Under the pieces are notes generated by a model that was not told the origin of the DNA, did no database searches, and worked only from the letters and a program-made list of their open reading frames with translations. A DNA stretch of 64,000 bases from Bdellovibrionota bacterium (GTDB lineage: Bacteria; Bdellovibrionota_C; UBA2361; JAAYZI01). The stretch spans positions 32,001-96,000 of the forward strand of contig JBMNIF010000001.1 in the NCBI GenBank assembly GCA_050950765.1. Direction: 5' to 3'. Of the stretch, positions 59,923-64,000 are shown piece by piece; within the stretch, counting starts at the first letter, position 1, and every line of letters begins with the position of its first letter. A program made the translations under genes and the position numbers.

Positions 59923-60777
59923 TTAAGGAGCTCCTTCTTGTTTTTTACAAAGCTTGTCTGAACAGCTAATTAAAGTGTCCATACTTCCCGATTGAAAACC
60001 TTCTAGATCTAAGGTGATATGTTGAAAGCCTAACGCTTTTAAGGCGGAGCAGATTTCAAGTTTCTTTTTTAAAAATAGTGAAAATTGTTGTGGTAAGATT
60101 TCAACGGTGGCGATCCCGTCACGGTAACACCGCAGCCTTAATACTTCAAAACCCATAGATCTTAAAACTGCTTCACCCTGCTCTATTTTTTGCAATACTC
60201 TCTCTGTTAATGTACTGCCGTACGGGAGCCTTGTTGCCAAACACGATTCTGCTGGAGCATCGGCAAAAGGGAGGCTTAATTCTTGAGCTAATAATCTGAC
60301 CTCTTCTTTAGTAAAATTAAACTTCTCAAAAGGTGAAATAACATCCAACTCTAGCGCTGCTTTTTTACCAGGTCGGTGGCACTTTGCATCATCGGCATTA
60401 CTACCATCTAATAAAAATCTTACCCCTGAAGCATCAGCAATCTTACGTGCTAAAGAAAAAAGTTCTTTTTTACAGAGATAACAACGGTTGTGCGGATTGT
60501 CTTGCATCTCAGGGAGGCTCAAGACCTTAAAGTCTACGATTTCGAGCGTAGCTTCTAACTTGGCTGCATTTAGTAAGGCATCAGAAATCGCTTTTTTTGA
60601 TTGGAATAGCGATCTGAAAAATAAAATTTTAAGGTTAAATGTTAGAGCCTCCGTTTTAAGGTGCATTAGTAGTGCAAGAAGGGTTGCACTATCAACTCCA
60701 CCTGAATAGGCAAGACAGATCCCTTGTGGTGCTAACTCTTTAAGGTAACTTTTTAGATGCGTTGTTTTGTTCATCAC
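59923..60777 (-). CDS. larE: ATP-dependent sacrificial sulfur transferase
   Basis: AYSGGVDS, RCYLCK, DGSNADD..RPG, CLATRLPYG, DLEGFQSGS. Confidence 0.9.
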   Translation of the reverse strand: MMNKTTHLKSYLKELAPQGICLAYSGGVDSATLLALLMHLKTEALTFNLKILFFRSLFQSKKAISDALLNAAKLEATLEIVDFKVLSLPEMQDNPHNRCYLCKKELFSLARKIADASGVRFLLDGSNADDAKCHRPGKKAALELDVISPFEKFNFTKEEVRLLAQELSLPFADAPAESCLATRLPYGSTLTERVLQKIEQGEAVLRSMGFEVLRLRCYRDGIATVEILPQQFSLFLKKKLEICSALKALGFQHITLDLEGFQSGSMDTLISCSDKLCKKQEGAP

Positions 60778-61954
60778 AAGCTAACTTATAAACAGTTTTA
60801 AAGTCTAAGCCGCTTTCTGCAGCAACTTTCTTAACACTTTCATATTCAGGATAACGTCGCACCAACTCTCCCCAGCGACACTCTTTGATAGTAACTACAC
60901 CGAACGGCAACGTTACCTCCTTACTCTGTCTCTCCATGCAGGAACGGTATAGCGGAAATTTGCGAAGTCCGATTGAAGTCGTTGTTTTAAAAATTACCTC
61001 TTCCAAAGTTGGGATTAATGCCTCATCAGCTATAACACGTAAGATCCAAGCTGGACGATTCTTCTTCATAAAACACGGAATGTAATGTACATCACGAGCA
61101 CCGTGCTCAAAAAGCTCTTCCAGTGCCGTTGCTAAACACTCTCCGCTAGCATCATCGATATTGCTTTCGAGCATCCAGATATTTTCTTCGGAGTCCTGTT
61201 TTTGAATTATCGGAGTTAATAAAAAAGCCCGCAAGATATTTGGTCGTCCAAAATCACGCTTACCCGCACCGATGCCGATACCGTTGATCGTACAAGCTTG
61301 CGGTTTCGTGCAATTTTTAAGTGCTGCCACGATGGCAATCCCAGTTGGTGTTATCATCTCTCCGCAAGTTTCAGTTATCCTTAACGGAATCTGATACTGT
61401 TTAGCAATTTCAGTAACGGCAGGTACAGGGATAGGTAGATCTCCATGTTGACATTTAACTAGACCTGCTCCTTCAGTAAGAATAGAGCAGGCAACTTTAT
61501 CTATCTTAAGGTTATCAATGCAGTACGCTACGGAAAGGATGTCCATAATGGAATCAATGGCACCTACTTCATGAAAGTGCACTTTTTCAAGGGGTTCTCC
61601 ATGCACAGTAGCTTCTGCTTTTGCTATGATATTGAAGATCTTTTTTGCAATGTTACGCGCTTTGTCTGTTAATAAAGCTTCATCAATAATCTTTTCAACA
61701 TCGTTAAGATGGCGGTGCTTATGTGGCTCTAAGGTCGTGTGTGAATGATCGTGTCCATGAAGGTGAACGTCAAAGTCACAAGCTAAAATACCGTGATTGT
61801 TTAGATGTGATATTTTATAATGACAACCTTCCAGATGAAGAGAGGCAAGCATCTGCTCTAAGCCGTCTCTATCTGCACCCAGATCTAACAGGGCAGCAAC
61901 CGTCATATCTCCGCTAATCCCGTTTGAGCAATCAAAGTATAAAACCTGTTCCAT
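60740..61954 (-). CDS. larC: Nickel insertion protein
   Basis: GISGDM, His-rich segment, VHFHEVGAIDSI, TPTG, MKKNRP, PEYE. Confidence 0.93.
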   Translation of the reverse strand: MEQVLYFDCSNGISGDMTVAALLDLGADRDGLEQMLASLHLEGCHYKISHLNNHGILACDFDVHLHGHDHSHTTLEPHKHRHLNDVEKIIDEALLTDKARNIAKKIFNIIAKAEATVHGEPLEKVHFHEVGAIDSIMDILSVAYCIDNLKIDKVACSILTEGAGLVKCQHGDLPIPVPAVTEIAKQYQIPLRITETCGEMITPTGIAIVAALKNCTKPQACTINGIGIGAGKRDFGRPNILRAFLLTPIIQKQDSEENIWMLESNIDDASGECLATALEELFEHGARDVHYIPCFMKKNRPAWILRVIADEALIPTLEEVIFKTTTSIGLRKFPLYRSCMERQSKEVTLPFGVVTIKECRWGELVRRYPEYESVKKVAAESGLDFKTVYKLACDEQNNASKKLP

Positions 61955-62051
61955 TTTATAAGATATCTCTCTTGTAAAGGTTATCTCCGTTAAGTCTGCA
62001 ATAATAATTTTAAAATATTACTACCTTGTTTAGCAGCAGCTACGACATAAA

Positions 62052-62726
62052 TTAACTTTTTTGCATCCCTCTTAAAATCCTGCAAGCAGTAACTGCAGCA
62101 CCATAACCGTTATCTATATTCACCACAGAGATCCCTTCAGCGCAAGAGTTTAGCATCGTTAGAAGTGGTGCTAATCCTCCAAAAGAAGCCCCATATCCAA
62201 CGGAGGTCGGGACAGCTAAGATCGGTACAGAAACAAGTCCTGCTATGACGCTGCCGAGCGCTCCTTCCATTCCAGCAACGGCTATTACAACATTAGCTTT
62301 TTTTATATCATCTATTTTTGAAAGGAGTCGGTGAATTCCTGCTACTCCGATATCGTAGTGGCGATTAGCTGTTGCGCCGAAAAACTCCACACTTTTAGCA
62401 GCCTCTTCTGCAACTGGGATATCAGCAGTGCCACCACTACAGATCGCTACCACACCATTAAGTACAGTCTCTCGTTTCTTTGGTGTCATGATAATTTTCG
62501 AAACGGGATCAAAAACGAGATCAAGTCCAGCATCTTTTAAAAATAAAAATTGTTCTTGTGTGCAACGTGTGCCGAGCACAGGACGACCTTTTTTAATAAA
62601 AGCTTCAAATATTTTTTGTAACTGTTCGCAACTTTTTCCTAAGCAGAAAACAGTTTCTTCTATACCTGTTCTGTTAGGACGTGAGTGGTCTAATTTTGCA
62701 AATCCCAAGTCTTCAAAAGAATTCAT
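62052..62726 (-). CDS. larB: NPN biosynthesis carboxylase/hydrolase
   Basis: GTADIPVAEEA, DIGVAGIHRL, AGMEGAL, PTSVGYG, VNIDNGYGA. Confidence 0.95.
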   Translation of the reverse strand: MNSFEDLGFAKLDHSRPNRTGIEETVFCLGKSCEQLQKIFEAFIKKGRPVLGTRCTQEQFLFLKDAGLDLVFDPVSKIIMTPKKRETVLNGVVAICSGGTADIPVAEEAAKSVEFFGATANRHYDIGVAGIHRLLSKIDDIKKANVVIAVAGMEGALGSVIAGLVSVPILAVPTSVGYGASFGGLAPLLTMLNSCAEGISVVNIDNGYGAAVTACRILRGMQKS

Positions 62727-62858
62727 CTTTTATCGTCCAATAATTATAAAGTAGCTATCCCAGTTATTTAATCCTACATCAAAAGGATTTTTTTAAAAAC
62801 TTAGTAAGATGCGCATACTTTGTAAAAAACAGAGAGTAGCTTTTATAAGTAAAACCTT

Positions 62859-63884
62859 TCACAGTTGGATAATAAAAATTTCAGGATGAAAACCACCTTG
62901 AAAAACCTTTCGTCTATGGACGACCTTAAGGTGTTGTTGTGCTATGACCTTTTCCAGATTTTTTATATCTTGAGTGATTAATCCGATGCGAGCAGTACTA
63001 ACAGTGATGCGTTGTGCTTCCTGCAAAAATTGAGAGTATAACTCTAAGTTCTCCTGTCTACTTCCAATGTTTTCGCCCCAAGGTAAGTCTGCTAGAACGA
63101 CATCAAATGAGCCATCTGCAAAAGATGTTTCTCTTGCATCCATCTCGAACACTTCGACATCGCGGATATTAGCATTTTTTAGGTGATCTCGGCAGTATCC
63201 CAGCACTTCACTGTTATTATCAATACCTACGATACGAGAAAGCTTTCTACGTTGAGAAGCTTCAATTAAAATAGTGCCAGATCCGCACATGATGTTAATG
63301 AGTCTATCATCTTTTTTTATCCCTGTTAGGTCATATAAAACTGCAGCGAGAACAGGATTTAAAGCACCTTGAAAGTTATGAGTTCTCCACGCTTTTGCAG
63401 ATAGTGGACGAGATGAAAGCCTGATTAAAACCTCCCAAGCTTTTCCACTCGGATGTTTTCTAAAGCGTAGTAAGAGGTCGCCGTTCTCCTTATCAAAAGT
63501 TAATCCGGTAAAGTGTTCGATCTTGGAGGCGATCTCAGAGTATGTTTTTGAATCACTACCAGCAGCGTTTATGCGGAATGTTTTTGCGGGGAAATCCAAA
63601 GAGTTTTTAATAGCTTTTAAGATGTGTAAATTGATATCTGCCAAAATATCTGCTTTGAGTAAGCTACCCGGCCCTTTAACAGGGAAACACAGTAGGTAAT
63701 ATAGTGATAGAACTTTCCTTAAACTTTTTAATTTTGTGTAATCTTCTTCTGCAACAAAAACCACAGAATCTGAAGTGTCTGTCTTAAAGATCTGCAGCTT
63801 ATCGCCCAGTTTAAGCAACTCTTTTTCTACTAAATCTTTAGTACCATCTAAACAGGATGCTTCAAATAATAGTGTGTTTTTCAT
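62859..63884 (-). CDS. THUMP-type RNA methyltransferase
   Basis: RPLS..WR, MCGSGTILIE, DLPWG. Confidence 0.8.
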   Translation of the reverse strand: MKNTLLFEASCLDGTKDLVEKELLKLGDKLQIFKTDTSDSVVFVAEEDYTKLKSLRKVLSLYYLLCFPVKGPGSLLKADILADINLHILKAIKNSLDFPAKTFRINAAGSDSKTYSEIASKIEHFTGLTFDKENGDLLLRFRKHPSGKAWEVLIRLSSRPLSAKAWRTHNFQGALNPVLAAVLYDLTGIKKDDRLINIMCGSGTILIEASQRRKLSRIVGIDNNSEVLGYCRDHLKNANIRDVEVFEMDARETSFADGSFDVVLADLPWGENIGSRQENLELYSQFLQEAQRITVSTARIGLITQDIKNLEKVIAQQHLKVVHRRKVFQGGFHPEIFIIQL

Positions 63885-64000
63885 GGTGTTAGAGACCCGT
63901 TTTTTGTGTTGTAATGAATCAATATCTTACGCTAAAACACTTTAGAAAATATAGGGCGATCTTTTCCGATATTACAATAAGTGAATATTAATGGAGTTTT

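Overview
Low-GC bacterial chromosome segment. The gene content (NtrC-like activators, sigma-54 promoters, type IV pilin, flgE, HDOD-like protein) suggests a Deltaproteobacteria/Bdellovibrionota-like organism; this is inference. Housekeeping genes are folK-folP, hda, rpsO-pnp-dut, dapL, ssb, nadB, rpmF, pyk, pgm and larBCE. They surround an accessory region (~13.6-31.8 kb) holding duplicated EamA, LemA and HtpX/M48 genes, an apparently intact IS1634-family element with a 7-bp target duplication, and a ~6-kb island. Best candidates for undescribed biology: (1) two AAA+/DUF4143-type ATPase-nuclease genes, each preceded by its own 23-bp-period iteron-like array, next to an OLD-type ABC ATPase ending in a HEPN-like domain; (2) two paralogous orphan cassettes (1.4-3.9 kb) with a conserved structured leader and complementary 5'/3' ends; (3) a putative sigma-54-dependent sRNA (~43.5-43.7 kb) with an exposed anti-Shine-Dalgarno loop, embedded in a 70-79-bp repeat family; (4) a coupled pair of enhancer-binding proteins with complementary defects. 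All calls come from reading motifs by eye; no database searches or folding programs were run.
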